A stretch of DNA of 64,000 bases from Eledone cirrhosa. Its lineage: Eukaryota. Both the position numbers and the translations under genes were made by a program. Below are positions 25,472 through 37,635 of this stretch, piece by piece (position 1 is the stretch's first letter; each line of letters begins with the position of its first letter). Location of the stretch: assembly GCA_964016885.1 (NCBI GenBank), contig OZ024766.1, positions 9,424,001-9,488,000 of the forward strand, written 5' to 3'. The notes below the pieces were generated by a model, which searched no databases, had not been told where the DNA came from, and saw nothing but the letters and a program-made list of their open reading frames with translations.

Positions 25472-26280
25472 ATGGAGGCACATGGCTTAGTGGTTAGAGC
25501 ATTGGCCTTGCAATCGAAAGGTTGTGAGTTCAATTCTCAGACCGGGTGATGTGTTGTTTCCTTGAGCAAGACACTTTATTTCACAATGGAGGCACATGGC
25601 TTAGTGGTTAGAGCATTGGCCTTGCAATTGAAAGGTTGTGAGTTCAATTCTCAGACCGGGTGATGTGTTGTTTCCTTGAGCAAGACACTTTATTTCACAA
25701 TGGAGGCACATGGCTTAGTGGTTAGAGCATTGGCCTTGCAATCGAGAGGTTGTGAGTTCAATTCTCAGACCGGGTGATGTGTTGTTTCCTTGAGCAAGAC
25801 ACTTTATTTCACAATGGAGGCACATGGCTTAGTGGTTAGAGCATTGGCCTTGCAATCGAAAGGTTGTGAGTTCAATTCTCAGACCGGGTGATGTGTTGTT
25901 TCCTTGAGCAAGACACTTTATTTCACAATGGAGGCACATGGCTTAGTGGTTAGAGCATTGGCCTTGCAATCGAAAGGTTGTAAGTTCAATTCTCAGACCG
26001 GGTGATGTGTTGCTTCCTTGAGCAAGACACTTTATTTCACATTGCTCCAGTTTACTCAGCTGTAGAAATGAGATGATAGGGACTGGGGTCCCTATCATTC
26101 CACTGCAAAGTGGTCGTGGAGGTGCCACGGCAAAAAAAGCACCCAGCACTCACTGTAAATGAGGTTGGTGTTAGGAAGGGCATCCAGCTGTAGAAATCAA
26201 GCCAGAATCAGTTCCCGTCCCACCCTTGCAAGCAGGGAAAAGTGGGACGTAAAATGGAATGATGATGATGATGATGATGA
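25472..26280 (+). mobile_element. tRNA-derived CORE-type SINE with five tandem 114-bp heads
   Basis: Heads start at 25472, 25586, 25700, 25814 and 25928, each with A box TGGCTTAGTGG and B box GTTCAATTC; a single body and (GAT)n tail follow. Confidence 0.9.
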
Positions 26281-26313
26281 CACACATTTATATATATTTG
26301 TCTCTATTCACAG

Positions 26314-26396
26314 AAGAACCTCCACCAGCAAAGAAGTGTAGGCTAGACATTGAAGAAGAACAAACAGAAACTGTACAACTGACGGACATCTTAGAG
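26314..26396 (+). CDS. GABPB1: GABPB coding exon 10 (EEPPPAKKCRLDIEEE...; NLS)
   Basis: Acceptor ttcacag|, donor GAG|GTACTG, phase 1/0; matches the vertebrate EEPPAKR NLS region. Confidence 0.9.
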
Positions 26397-26652
26397 GTAC
26401 TGTACTAGTATATATATATATATATTATTCAGAATAATAATTGTTTCTACTATTGGCACAAGGCCAGCAATTACCCAGTACATTACTGGTACTTTATTTT
26501 ATCGACCCCGTAAGGATGAAAGGCAAAGTTAACCTCGGCGGGATTTGAACTCAGAATGGCAAGGGCCGTAACTCTGTGCGTCAAAGCATGGCGTCCGACC
26601 CTCTACCGATACTGAATAATAAATGAAGACATTCACATAATCAAAATATATG

Positions 26653-26714
26653 TTTTATTATATATATTTCGAAGGTACTGTGCTGTTTTTTCAGTATGTC
26701 CTCGTCAGATAAAA
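26653..26714 (-). ncRNA. Type-I hammerhead ribozyme (TTTTAT/ATAAAA family)
   Basis: Minus strand TTTTAT-CTGACGA-GGAcATACTG...CAGTACcTTC-GAA-ATATATAT-A^ATAAAA. Confidence 0.72.
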
Positions 26715-26805
26715 TACATGAATTGATGTATGACATGCCTCAACTGTCTTGATAGTTCAATTCTAGTATTATATATATATATATTTCCAGTATTATATAA
26801 ATATA

Positions 26806-27300
26806 CTAGCAGTGGTACCCGGCGTTGCACGGGATTAGGTATTGTGAAATATATAACTGCCTTAGCTAAGCTTAGTATTGCCACAACCACGGCTGGCAAA
26901 GAAGTAAGGGTCTGGTGGTACGTAAGTAAGCAACACTGTGGCTTAAAACGGCAGGAAGAAGTTGTGTGCACTTACCAACTGTTTGGGGAATGAGTGTGAG
27001 ATTTGTCTTGAGCAAGGGTGGCAGAATAACCGGAGGCAGCAGACAGCCAGGCATACAGATAGATATTATAAGGGCGCGACGTTATATGTATGTATCTATC
27101 TAAAAAGAGAAAGACTAAGAATTATAGAGAGAGATCGCTAAATCGCCTAATGCAGTCCCTAGGGCATTGAAAATTTGAAATTTCTTTTGCTCAGAACACA
27201 CCCTGAAACATAAGTATTACATATGTAAAGTTTGAAAACAGTCGGTTGTGTGCTTCTCTAGTTTTAGGGATTCAAACTCACACACACACAGACAGACATC

Positions 27301-27320
<20 letters not shown>
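26806..27320 (-). mobile_element. Non-autonomous Helitron-like element
   Basis: Minus-strand 3' end has a CCCGTGCAACGCCGGG hairpin followed by ...CTAG|T; 5' end reads TATATAAACTGAGGATGTCTGTCTGTGTG. Confidence 0.6.
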
Positions 27321-27355
<35 letters not shown>

Positions 27356-28224
27356 CAAATATAAATTATCGAGAATCGCATTTCGGCCCACGAAATAACG
27401 AAAAACAACCTCCGAGATGTGTGGCAAGTGCTCAATGATTCAGATGAACCAGAGCTATAACAAACGTTAAAGACCAAACACACTGAGACGATGGTTAAAC
27501 CATCATCCGCACAGCCAAAAAAAAACGAGCAAGTAATTCGAGTCAAACAAATAAAAATATCTGTGATTGAAAATTTACCCGAACCCCTGGAAGGTTGGTA
27601 AAATCCAGTATTTGGGTTTCTGCGGCTCCTAAATCAAGTACTGTCCGTTTACATAAATAATGTCAGGCTTCTGGTAAGATGATTGAACAAGGAAGCCACT
27701 TTTTCAACAGGTTTTAGTTCAATGCTCATACAAGGAGTGACTATTGCTGACCCCACGCGGGGGATCGGCAAGGGAGGCAACCCTTATATCAGGCGAATGA
27801 ATTCAGTTGTGTATACTTTTGCAAGAATGCAAAAACATCACAAATCGAATAGAGTTCTCAACAGAAGGGGTTAAAGTTAACATAAGCTATTCATTCATAA
27901 ACCAGAGCTATATATTTCCTGGGTAGTTGGGTGAGTGTCTGTGGGTCAGGCAAACTATTAGGGACCTGATCCCTAATGTCATTTGGTATTGCTATTGTGT
28001 TCTGTTGGGGAAACTTCAGCAGTCATTTGGGGAGATTTCTTCTCTATGTCTCTATGAGGAGTTACAGGTCCTTATATGTAAATAAAGTACCAGTCTTGTA
28101 CTGGGGTTGATCCTTCCTCTATATCTTTTTCTAAATGAGAGTCCCCGTCTAAATGCCACTGAAATCAACTTTGCCTTTCATCCAATATAATTAATACCAG
28201 TCAAGTACTGGGGGTCGATTCTTC

Positions 28225-31200
28225 CTCTCTCTCTCTTTGTCTTTCTCTCACACACTCTCACTCTCTCGAACACCCTCTCACATTGTCTGTCTCTCTCAGT
28301 ACAGTGCCTCACTCTCTCTATATCTCTGTGTCTCACTCTCTCTCTCTCTCTCTGTCTGTCTGTCTCTCTCCCTCACACACTGTCACACTCCTTCTCCCTC
28401 ACACTGTCACGCTCTCTCTCTGTCTGTCTCTCTCTCCCTCACACACTTTCACTCTCTCTGTCTCCCTCACACACTGTCAGACTCTCTCTCTCTCCCTCAT
28501 ACACTGTCACACACTCTCTTTCCCTCCCTCACACTCTCTCACACACTGTCACACTCTCTCTCTCTGTCTGTCACACTCTCTCCCTCACACACTGTCACAC
28601 TCTCTCTCTCCCTCACACACTGTCACACACTCTCTTTCTCTCTCACACACTGTCACACTCTCTCTCCTTCATACACTGTCACACTCTCTCTCTCTCTCCT
28701 TCACACACTGTTACACTCTCTCTTTCCCTCCCTCACACACTGTCACACTCTCTCCCTCATACACTGTCACACTCTCTCTCTCTCTCCTTCACACACTGTT
28801 ACACTCTCTCTTTCCCTCCCTCACACACTGTCACACTCTCTCCCTCATACACTGTCACACTCTCTCTCTCTCTCCTTCACACACTGTTACACTCTCTCTT
28901 TCCCTCCCTCACACACTGTCACACTCTCTCCCTCATACACTGTCACACTCTCTCTCTCTCTCTCCTTCACACACTGTTACACTCTCTCTTTCCCTCCCTC
29001 ACACACTGTCACACTCTCTCCCTCTCTCCTTCACACACTGTTACACACTCTCTTTCCCTCCCTCACACACTGTCACACTCTCTCCCTCATACACTGTCAC
29101 ACTCTCTCTCTCTCTCCTTCACACACTGTTACACTCTCTCTTTCCCTCCCTCACACACTGTCACACTCTCTCCCTCTCTCCCTCACACACTGTCACACAC
29201 TCTCTTTCTCTCTCACACACTGTCACACTCTCTCTCCTTCATACACTGTCACACTCTCTCTCTCTCTCCTTCACACACTGTTACACACTCTCTTTCCCTC
29301 CCTCACACACTGTCACACTCTCTCCCTCATACACTGTCACACTCTCTCTCTCTCTCCTTCACACACTGTTACACTCTCTCTTTCCCTCCCTCACACACTG
29401 TCACACTCTCTCCCTCATACACTGTCACACTCTCTCTCTCTCTCCTTCACACACTGTTACACTCTCTCTTTCCCTCCCTCACACCACTGTCACACTCTCT
29501 CCCTCTCTCCTTCACACACTGTTACACACTCTCTTTCCCTCCCTCGACACTGTCACACTCTCTCCTCTCTCCTCTCATACACTGTCACACTCTCTCTCTC
29601 TCTCCTTCACACACTGTTACACTCTCTCTTTCCCTCCCTCACACACTGTCACACTCTCTCTCTCTCTCCTTCACACACTGTTACACTCTCTCTTTCCCTC
29701 CCTCACACACTGTCACACTCTCTCCCTCTCTCCCTCACACACTGTCACACACTCTCTTTCTCTCTCACACACTGTCACACTCTCTCTCCTTCATACACTG
29801 TCACACTCTCTCTCTCTCTCCTTCACACACTGTTACACTCTCTCTTTCCCTCCTCACACACTGTCACACTCTCTCCCTCATACACTGTCACACTCTCTCT
29901 CTCTCTCCTTCACACACTGTTACACTCTCTCTTTCCCTCCCTCACACACTGTCACACTCTCTCCCTCATACACTGTCACACTCTCTCTCTCTCTCTCCTT
30001 CACACACTGTTACACTCTCTCTTTCCCTCCCTCACACACTGTCACACTCTCTCCCTCTCTCCTTCACACACTGTTACACACTCTCTTTCCCTCCCTCACA
30101 CACTGTCACACTCTCTCCCTCATACACTGTCACACTCTCTCTCTCTCTCCTTCACACACTGTTACACTCTCTCTTTCCCTCCCTCACACACTGTCACACT
30201 CTCTCCCTCTCTCCTTCACACACTGTTACACACTCTCTTTCCCTCCCTCACACACTGTCACACTCTCTCCCTCATACACTGTCACACTCTCTCTCTCTCT
30301 CCTTCACACACTGTTACACTCTCTCTTTCCCTCCCTCACACACTGTCACACTCTCTCCCTCATACACTGTCACACTCTCTCTCTCTCTCCTTCACACACT
30401 GTTACACTCTCTCTTTCCCTCCCTCACACACTGTCACACTCTCTCCCTCATACACTGTCACACTCTCTCTCTCCCTCACACACTGTCACACACTCTCTTT
30501 CTCTCTCTCACACACTGTCACACTCTCTCTCCTTCATACACTGTCACACTCTCTCTCTCTTTCCCTCCCTCACACACTGTCACACTCTCTCCCTCTCTCA
30601 CACACTCACACTCTCTCTTTCCCTCCCTCACACTCTCTCTCTCTCTGTCTCCCCCCCCTCTCTCTCACTCAATCCACATCTCTCCATCTCTCTCCCTCTC
30701 TCACACACTCACACTCTCTCTTTCCCTCCCTCACACTCTCTCTCTCTCTGTCTCCCCCCCCTCTCTCTCACTCAATCCACATCTCTCCATCTCTCCATCT
30801 CTCTCCCTCTCTCACACACTCACACTCTCTCTTTCCCTCCCTCACACTCTCTCTCTCTCTGTCTCCCCCCCTCTCTCTCACTCAATCCACATCTCTCCAT
30901 CTCTCCATCTCTCTCCCTCTCTCACACACTCACACTCTCTCTTTCCCTCCCTCACACTCTCTCTCTCTCTCTGTCCCCCCCCCTCTCTCTCACTCAATCC
31001 ACATCTCTCCATCTCTCCATCTCTCTCACACACTCACACTCTCTCTTTCCCTCCCTCACACTCTCTCTCTCTCTCTGTCTCCCCCCTCTCTCTCACTCAA
31101 TCCACATCTCTCCATCTCTCTCCATCTCTCACACACTCACACTCTCTCTTTCCCTCCCTCACACTCTCTCTCTCTCTCTCTGTCTCCCCCCCCTCCTCTC

Positions 31201-31610
31201 TCTCACTCAATCCACATCTCTCCATCTCTCCATCTCTCTCCCTCTCTCACACACTCACACTCTCTCTTTCCCTCCCTCACACTCTCTCTCTCTCTCTGTC
31301 TCCCCCCCCCTCCTCTCTCTCACTCAATCCACATCTCTCCATCTCTCCATCTCTCTCCCTCTCTCACACACTCACACTCTCTCTTTCCCTCCCTCACACT
31401 CTCTCTCTCTCTCTGTCTCCCCCCCTCTCTCTCACTCAATCCACATCTCTCCATCTCTCCATCTCTCTCCCTCTCTCACACACTCACACTCTCTCTTTCC
31501 CTCCCTCACACTCTCTCTCTCTCTGTCTCTCCCCCCCCCTCTCTCTCACTCAATCCACATCTCTCCACATCTCTCCATCTCTCACTCCATCTCTCCATCT
31601 CTCTCTCCCT
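28225..31610. repeat. CT/CA-rich compound minisatellite directly upstream of the last GABPB exon
   Basis: CACACACTGTCACACTCTCT and CACTCAATCCACATCTCTCCATCT modules; source of the spurious 1374-aa and 1115-aa ORFs. Confidence 0.92.
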
Positions 31611-31614
31611 CCAG

Positions 31615-32361
31615 ACACCAGAAGAAGTGACCCCGGAGGAGCGCCACCACCACCACCACCACCAGCAGCAGGCCCCTGCGGGGGAGCCGGACGCCCAGGA
31701 CGAGCTGCGTCGCCAGCTGGAGGAGATGAAGCGCCAGGCGGAGTCGTTCAAGCAGCAGCTGATGGTGAAGGAGCAGGAGGCGGCTGTGTACAAGAGGCGC
31801 CTCACCGAGATGGGCATGGGCAAGGAGGAGGCCGCGACCGGCGTAGCGGGCGATGACGCCGGACACACGGACCTGGGCGGCGGCGGCGTCGTCGTCGAGG
31901 GCGACGCTGTGACCACTGGCGTAGGGGTCATCGTCGAGGAGGAGGCGGAGGGGGGGGAGGAGGAGGAGGATCAAGAAGGGAGCGCGACGGACGTCGTCGA
32001 GGACGAGACCGTGGGCGTCGTCGTTGCCGCGGCGACGGAGGAGGAGGAGGGCGGCGGCGGGCTGGAAGGGGGGGGCGACGCCCCGCCGACCGTGGCCTTC
32101 GTCCCCGGCAACCTGGTCGTCGAGACGGTGACCATCTCGAAGGAGGAGGCGGCGGGGGAGGAGGAGGACGTGGTCGGATGCGAGGCTGTCGCTCCTGGCG
32201 ACGAGGGTGTTGTTGTTGCTGTTGTTGGAGATGATGGTGATGCTGCTGGTGATGATGGTGTTGGTGATGGTGATGGTGGTGGTGATGATGGTGATGGTGA
32301 TGGTGGTGGTGTTGTGGCTATCAAAGATGAACCACTGACCATTAAGACTGAACCAGCTTAG
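31615..32361 (+). CDS. GABPB1: GABPB terminal coding exon 11 (leucine-zipper/tetramerisation helix plus long acidic tail)
   Basis: Acceptor ctccctccag|. DELRRQLEEMKRQAESFKQQLMVKEQEAAVYKRRL matches vertebrate [35 protein letters not shown]. Stop TAG at 32359-32361. Confidence 0.92.
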   Translation, partial: TPEEVTPEERHHHHHHQQQAPAGEPDAQDELRRQLEEMKRQAESFKQQLMVKEQEAAVYKRRLTEMGMGKEEAATGVAGDDAGHTDLGGGGVVVEGDAVTTGVGVIVEEEAEGGEEEEDQEGSATDVVEDETVGVVVAAATEEEEGGGGLEGGGDAPPTVAFVPGNLVVETVTISKEEAAGEEEDVVGCEAVAPGDEGVVVAVVGDDGDAAGDDGVGDGDGGGDDGDGDGGGVVAIKDEPLTIKTEPA

Positions 32362-33380
32362 ATAAATGATGGTGGTGGTGGTGGTGGTGGTGGTGGTGGT
32401 GTTGGTGGCGGTGTGGCTATCAAAGACCAACCACTGACCAATGATGATGATGGTGGTAATGGTGGTGGTGGTGGTGGTGTTGTGGCTATCAAAGACCAAC
32501 CACTGACCAATGATGATGATGGTGGTAATGGTGGTGGTGGTGGTGGTGTTGTGGCTATCAAAGACCAACCACTGACCAATGATGATGATGATTGTGGTGG
32601 TGGTGGTGGTGGTGGTGGTGTTGTGGCTATCAAAGACCAACCACTGACCAATGATGATGATGATTGTGGTGGTGGTGGTGGTGGTGGTGGTGTTGTGGCT
32701 ATCAAAGACCAACCACTGACCAATGATGATGATGATTGTGGTGGTGGTGGTGGTGGTGGTGGCGTTTACAGATGAACCACTGACCAATGATGATGATGGT
32801 GGTGGTGTTGTGGCTATCAAAGACCAACCACTGACCAATGATGATGATGATTGTGGTGGTGGTGGTGGTGGTGGTGGCGTTTACAGATGAACCACTGACC
32901 AATGATGATGATGGTGGTGGTGTTGTGGCTATCAAAGACCAACCACTGACCAATGATGATGATGGTGGTGGTGGTGGTGGTGGTGTTGTGGCTATCAAAG
33001 ACCAACCACTGACCAATGATGATGATGGTGGTAATGGTGGTGGTGGTGGTGGTGGTGGTGTTGTGGCTATCAAAGACCAACCACTGACCAATGATGATGA
33101 TGGTAATGGTGGTGGTGGTGGTGGTGGTGGTGTTGTGGCTATCAAAGACCAACCACTGACCATTAAGACTGAACCAGCTTAGATAAATGATGGTGGTGGT
33201 GGTGGTGGTGGTGGCGTTTACAGATGAACCACTGACCAATGATGATGATGATGGTGGTGGTGGTGGTGGCGTTTACAGATGAACCACTGACCAATGATGA
33301 TGATGATGGTGGTGGTGGGTGGTGTTGCAGCAGCTATGAAAGACAAACCACTGACCATTAAGACTGAACCAGCTTAGATA
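32362..33380 (+). repeat. Tandem copies of the GABPB C-terminal coding segment in the 3' UTR
   Basis: Repeated GTGGCTATCAAAGACCAACCACTGACC; ACCATTAAGACTGAACCAGCTTAG recurs with stops at 33180-33182 and 33375-33377. Confidence 0.9.
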
Positions 33381-35531
33381 AATGATGGTGGTGGTGGTGG
33401 TGGTGGTGATGATGATGATGGTAATGGTGGTGGTGGTGGTGGTGGTGATAGTGTTGGTAGTAGTGGTGGTGGTGTTGGTAGTAGTGGTGGTGGTGGTGTT
33501 GGTGTTGGTAGTAGTGGTGGTAGTGGTGGTGGTGGTGGTGGTGTTGGTAGTAGTGGTGGTGGTGGTGTTGGTGTTGGTAGTAGTGGTGGTGATAGTGTTG
33601 GTAGTGGTGGTGGTGGTGATAGTGTTGGTAGTAGTGGTAGTGGTGGTGGTGTTGGTAGTAGTGGTAGTGGTGGTGGTGATGGTGTTGGTAGTAGTGGTTG
33701 TTGTGGTAGTGTTGATGGTATTAGTGGTGGTGTTGATGGTGTTAGTGGTGGTGTTGATGGTGTTAGTGGTGGTGATGATGGTAATAGTAGTGGTGGAGGT
33801 GTTGATGATGGTATTAGTGGTGGTGTTGGTGGTAATAGTAGTGGTGGTGTTGATGGCAGTGGTGGTGGTGTTGTTGATAAGGATGGAATTAGGGTGGCTG
33901 CTAAAGATGAACAGTTGACTGTAGACTGAGCCAGTTTACAAAGGTGGCGGTGGTGGTGGTGGTGTTGATGGCTATTAAGAGTGAGGTGGTGGTGGTGGTG
34001 GTGGTGTTAGTACAGACTTTAGAATAAGGTGGTGGTGGTGGTGTTGATGGCTATTAAGAGTGAGGTGGTGGTGGTGGTGGTGGTGTTAGTACAGACTTTA
34101 GAATAAGGTGGTGGTGGTGGTGGTGGTGTTAGTACAGACTTTAGAATAAGGTGGTGGTGATGGCTATTAAGAGTGAGGTGGTGGTGTTGATGGCTATTAA
34201 GAGTGGGGTGGTGGTGGTGGTGTAGATGGCTATTAAGAGTGAGGTGGTGGTGGTGGTGGTGGTTGGTTAAGCTCAAATAAAGGGGGAAGATGTTTGAGTT
34301 AGCCGATTGTGGGAGAAAAAATAACACACAACAATTATGACAATGGTGGTGGTTGTTGCAACCAGCATTGACAACAACTACCACCGTCAAAAGCCACCAA
34401 CCACTACTACCACCATCAAAAACCAACCACTACCATCAGAAGCCACAAACCACTACCACTACCACCACCATTAACACCTAACCACTACCACCACCATTAA
34501 CACCTAATCATAACCACTACCATCAGAAGCCACAAACCACTACCACTACCACCACCATTAACACCTAACCATTACCACTACTATCAGAAGCCACAAACCA
34601 CTACCACTACCATTAACACCTAACCACTACCAGCACCATTAACACCTAACCACTACCACCACCACCACTATTAACACTTAACCACTACCATCAGAAGCCA
34701 CAAACCACTACCACTACCACCACCATTAACACCTAACCACTACCACCACCATTAACACCTAATCATAACCACTACCATCAGAAGCCACAAACCACTACCA
34801 CTACCACCACCATTAACACCTAATCATAACCACTACCATCAGAAGCCACAAACCACTACCACTACCAGCACCATTAACACCTAACCACTACCACCACCAC
34901 CACTATTAACACTTAACCACTACCATCAGAAGCCACAAACCACTAACACTACCACCACCATTAACACTTAACCACTACCACCACCATTAACACCTAACCA
35001 CTACTAACCGCTACCACCACCACCACCATTAACACTTAACCACTACCACCACCATTAACACCTAACCACTACTATCTGCTACCACCACCACCACCATTAA
35101 CACTTAACCTCTACACCTGTTAGCAACAACACTCAGCCGCCATCATTGCTACCATCAACAAGCACTACCATCATCAACTAGAACAAACATCACCATAAAC
35201 CACGAGCACCACTACAAACCATCACCATCATCATCAACTACAGCCAACCATCACCATCATCAACAACTGCAGCCAACCATCACCACCATCAACACCACTA
35301 ACTACTAGACGCCAACTCCATCACTGCCATCAACCACTACACCCAACCACCACTACCACTACTAACGACGAGACACCATGTATTGAGTCCGTAATTGGAA
35401 TATTATCATTTGATTGTATGTGTGTAGGCATCCATATGTATATGTATGTATATATATACATGTGTATGTATGTGTGTAGACAGGCATCTATGTCTGTGTG
35501 TATGTATGTATATAGATATATATATGTCTAT

Positions 35532-36130
35532 GTTGGTGCTACTGGTAACATGCATCCCAGTACAACCTGTCCCATGGTCGGGTCGTTGGCGACTAAACTG
35601 GCAACCCCACCAAGGTTTCTTGGTGAGGAGGGTGACTTTGGACATCCTGCAGGACTAAAAACAAAACCTGTCAAAGGGCAAAGGAGCTCTTAAGAGTCAA
35701 TGGCCATCCAAAATCACCGGGAGAGATGACCCCTTAGCCTTTGTCAAGGCAGAATTCTAGGAGAAGGAAAACTCTGATATAACACCTGCAACCCTGATGG
35801 TATCCAATGATGTTGACTTGTTCTTCTTTTTGGTAAATATCATCTTGGTTAAGAGAGTGGGACTGACTTTGTGCAGTGCCTTTGCTCACTATAAAAGCTT
35901 CACGGCACAGGCATTGCTTTATATCTGGAGATCTCTCTGCACTTGCCGTCACATGGTACCATGGGCCCAGCACTATGTGTCAATAATTGTCACAAGTGTA
36001 GTGTTTGTACCAGAGTTTTCATGTCGCTGGCTGGACTAAAATGTCACACTCGTTCAGTGCATCGGTAGGGGTTCTCCTACATGGATATAAAGTAGTGGCC
36101 GTACTCGAAAACGAGTTGGCAGCCACCATA
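35532..36130 (+). mobile_element. Dispersed repeat, probable LINE (RTE) 5' region; near-identical copy at 46127-46645
   Basis: Direct sequence identity between the two copies; the second copy abuts RTE ORF sequence at 46900-47430. Confidence 0.65.
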
Positions 36131-36680
36131 TGTCTATGTATGTGTGTAGAAAGGCATCTATTTGTCTGTGTGTATGTATGTATATAGATATATATATGTC
36201 TATGTATGTGTGTAGAAAGGCATATATTTGTCTGTGTGTTTGTATGTATATAGATATATATATATGTATGTATATTCTTAGGTATATACTAAAGTACTTA
36301 TGTATACAGACATATACACCTGTATGTATATACTTCAGTACATATATATATATACAGATCTATATAATGTATGTATACAGACATATATGCTCGTATATAT
36401 ATATATATAATGTATATACTTATGTACGTATGTGTGCAGGCATATATGCCTCTATGTATATATAATGTATGAATGCGTGTATAACTGAGTGAATGAGTGT
36501 ATATACATATATATATATATCAGTTCTGTATCAGCAAGACATGGTCACATGACCTGGCATTGCTCACAATAGGATAACCTGTCTAACCCATGCCAGCGTG
36601 GGAAAGTGGATATTAAGCAGAAATGATGATATATATATATACATATATATGTATGTGTGTATGTATATATATATATATAT

Positions 36681-36807
36681 AGTTTTAATATAGATGAGAT
36701 TCTACAGGACTAGAACTGTTTCATTCTTGAGAAATCATCAGGAATCCTGATGATTTCTCAAGAATGAAACAGTTCTAGTCCTGTAGAATCTCATCTATAT
36801 TAAAACT
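36681..36807. ncRNA. Perfect 63-bp-arm palindrome made of two back-to-back hammerhead cores
   Basis: GATTC-CTGATGA-TTTCTcaAGAAT-GAA-ACAG ttctagtc CTGT-A^GAATC on the minus strand; mirror image on the plus strand; centre at 36744. Confidence 0.72.
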
Positions 36808-37148
36808 TTTATACTCTGCTATGTATTGAGTACCTTACTTACTGTGGTTACCTCCGATTCAACCCGGAATAACTTACCTATATATATATATATATATATA
36901 TGTAGGTAGGAGGTGAGTTTTATTGTAGCACAATAAAGTAATGCAAATATCGGATAAGTAGCACTCAACAGTTTATAGGACTGGAGTATAAATAATATAA
37001 AATCAAAAGATGGTTAAAGGAGTTCCATGTATTTTATTATGCGCATTTCAAAAACAAATGTCATCATGCAATAATATTTGTTGCAAATATATGTTGATTT
37101 AAAACTGCACTATCCACAAGTGTTTTTTAGCCTTCATATCATGTTCTG

Positions 37149-37215
37149 TTTTATCTGATGAAAACACAAATATTATTGCATGATGATGTTTGTTTTTGAA
37201 ATGCGCATAATAAAA
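37149..37215 (+). ncRNA. Type-I hammerhead ribozyme
   Basis: TTTTAT-CTGATGA-AAAC(long stem II)GTTTTT-GAA-ATGCGCAT-A^ATAAAA; palindromic stem III. Confidence 0.72.
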
Positions 37216-37635
37216 TACATGGAACTCCTTTAACCATCTTTTGATCTTATATATATATATATATATATATATATAGGAGGTGAGTTTTATTGTAGCACAA
37301 TAAAGCAATGCAAATATCGGATAAGTAGCACTCAACAGTTTATAGGACTGGAGTATAAATAATATAAAATCAAAAGATGGTTAAAAGAGTTCCATGTATT
37401 TTATTATGCGCATTTCAAAAACAAATATCATCTCAGTATTAAAGGCTCTCTCTCTATCACTCATTTCTCTTCCTCTCTCCTTCTTATATTCCTCCCACGT
37501 CATCCTTTATTTTCTTTCTTCCTCTTCCTTCTTGTTTTCCCAATCTCATATATCCATCTTATTTTATTTTTTCATATGTTGATTTAACACTTCACTGGTC
37601 GCAAGTGTTTTTTTAAACTTCATATAATGTCTCCC

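Noticed and set aside
25472-25545. tRNA gene candidates (also other SINE heads)
   Set aside because: A and B boxes are present but there is no proper acceptor stem/cloverleaf, and they always continue into SINE core sequence.
27745-27810. GC-rich hairpins followed by GGCGAATG, possible HDV-like ribozyme
   Set aside because: Could not assign the nested P1/P2/P3/P1.1 pseudoknot; only simple hairpins form.
28237-31614. N-terminal ~1100 aa of the 1374-aa ORF
   Set aside because: CT/CA microsatellite lacking stops; the real exon starts at the acceptor at 31614/31615.
33382-33918. Poly-valine 'membrane protein' ORF
   Set aside because: (GTG/GTA)n simple repeat downstream of the GABPB stop.
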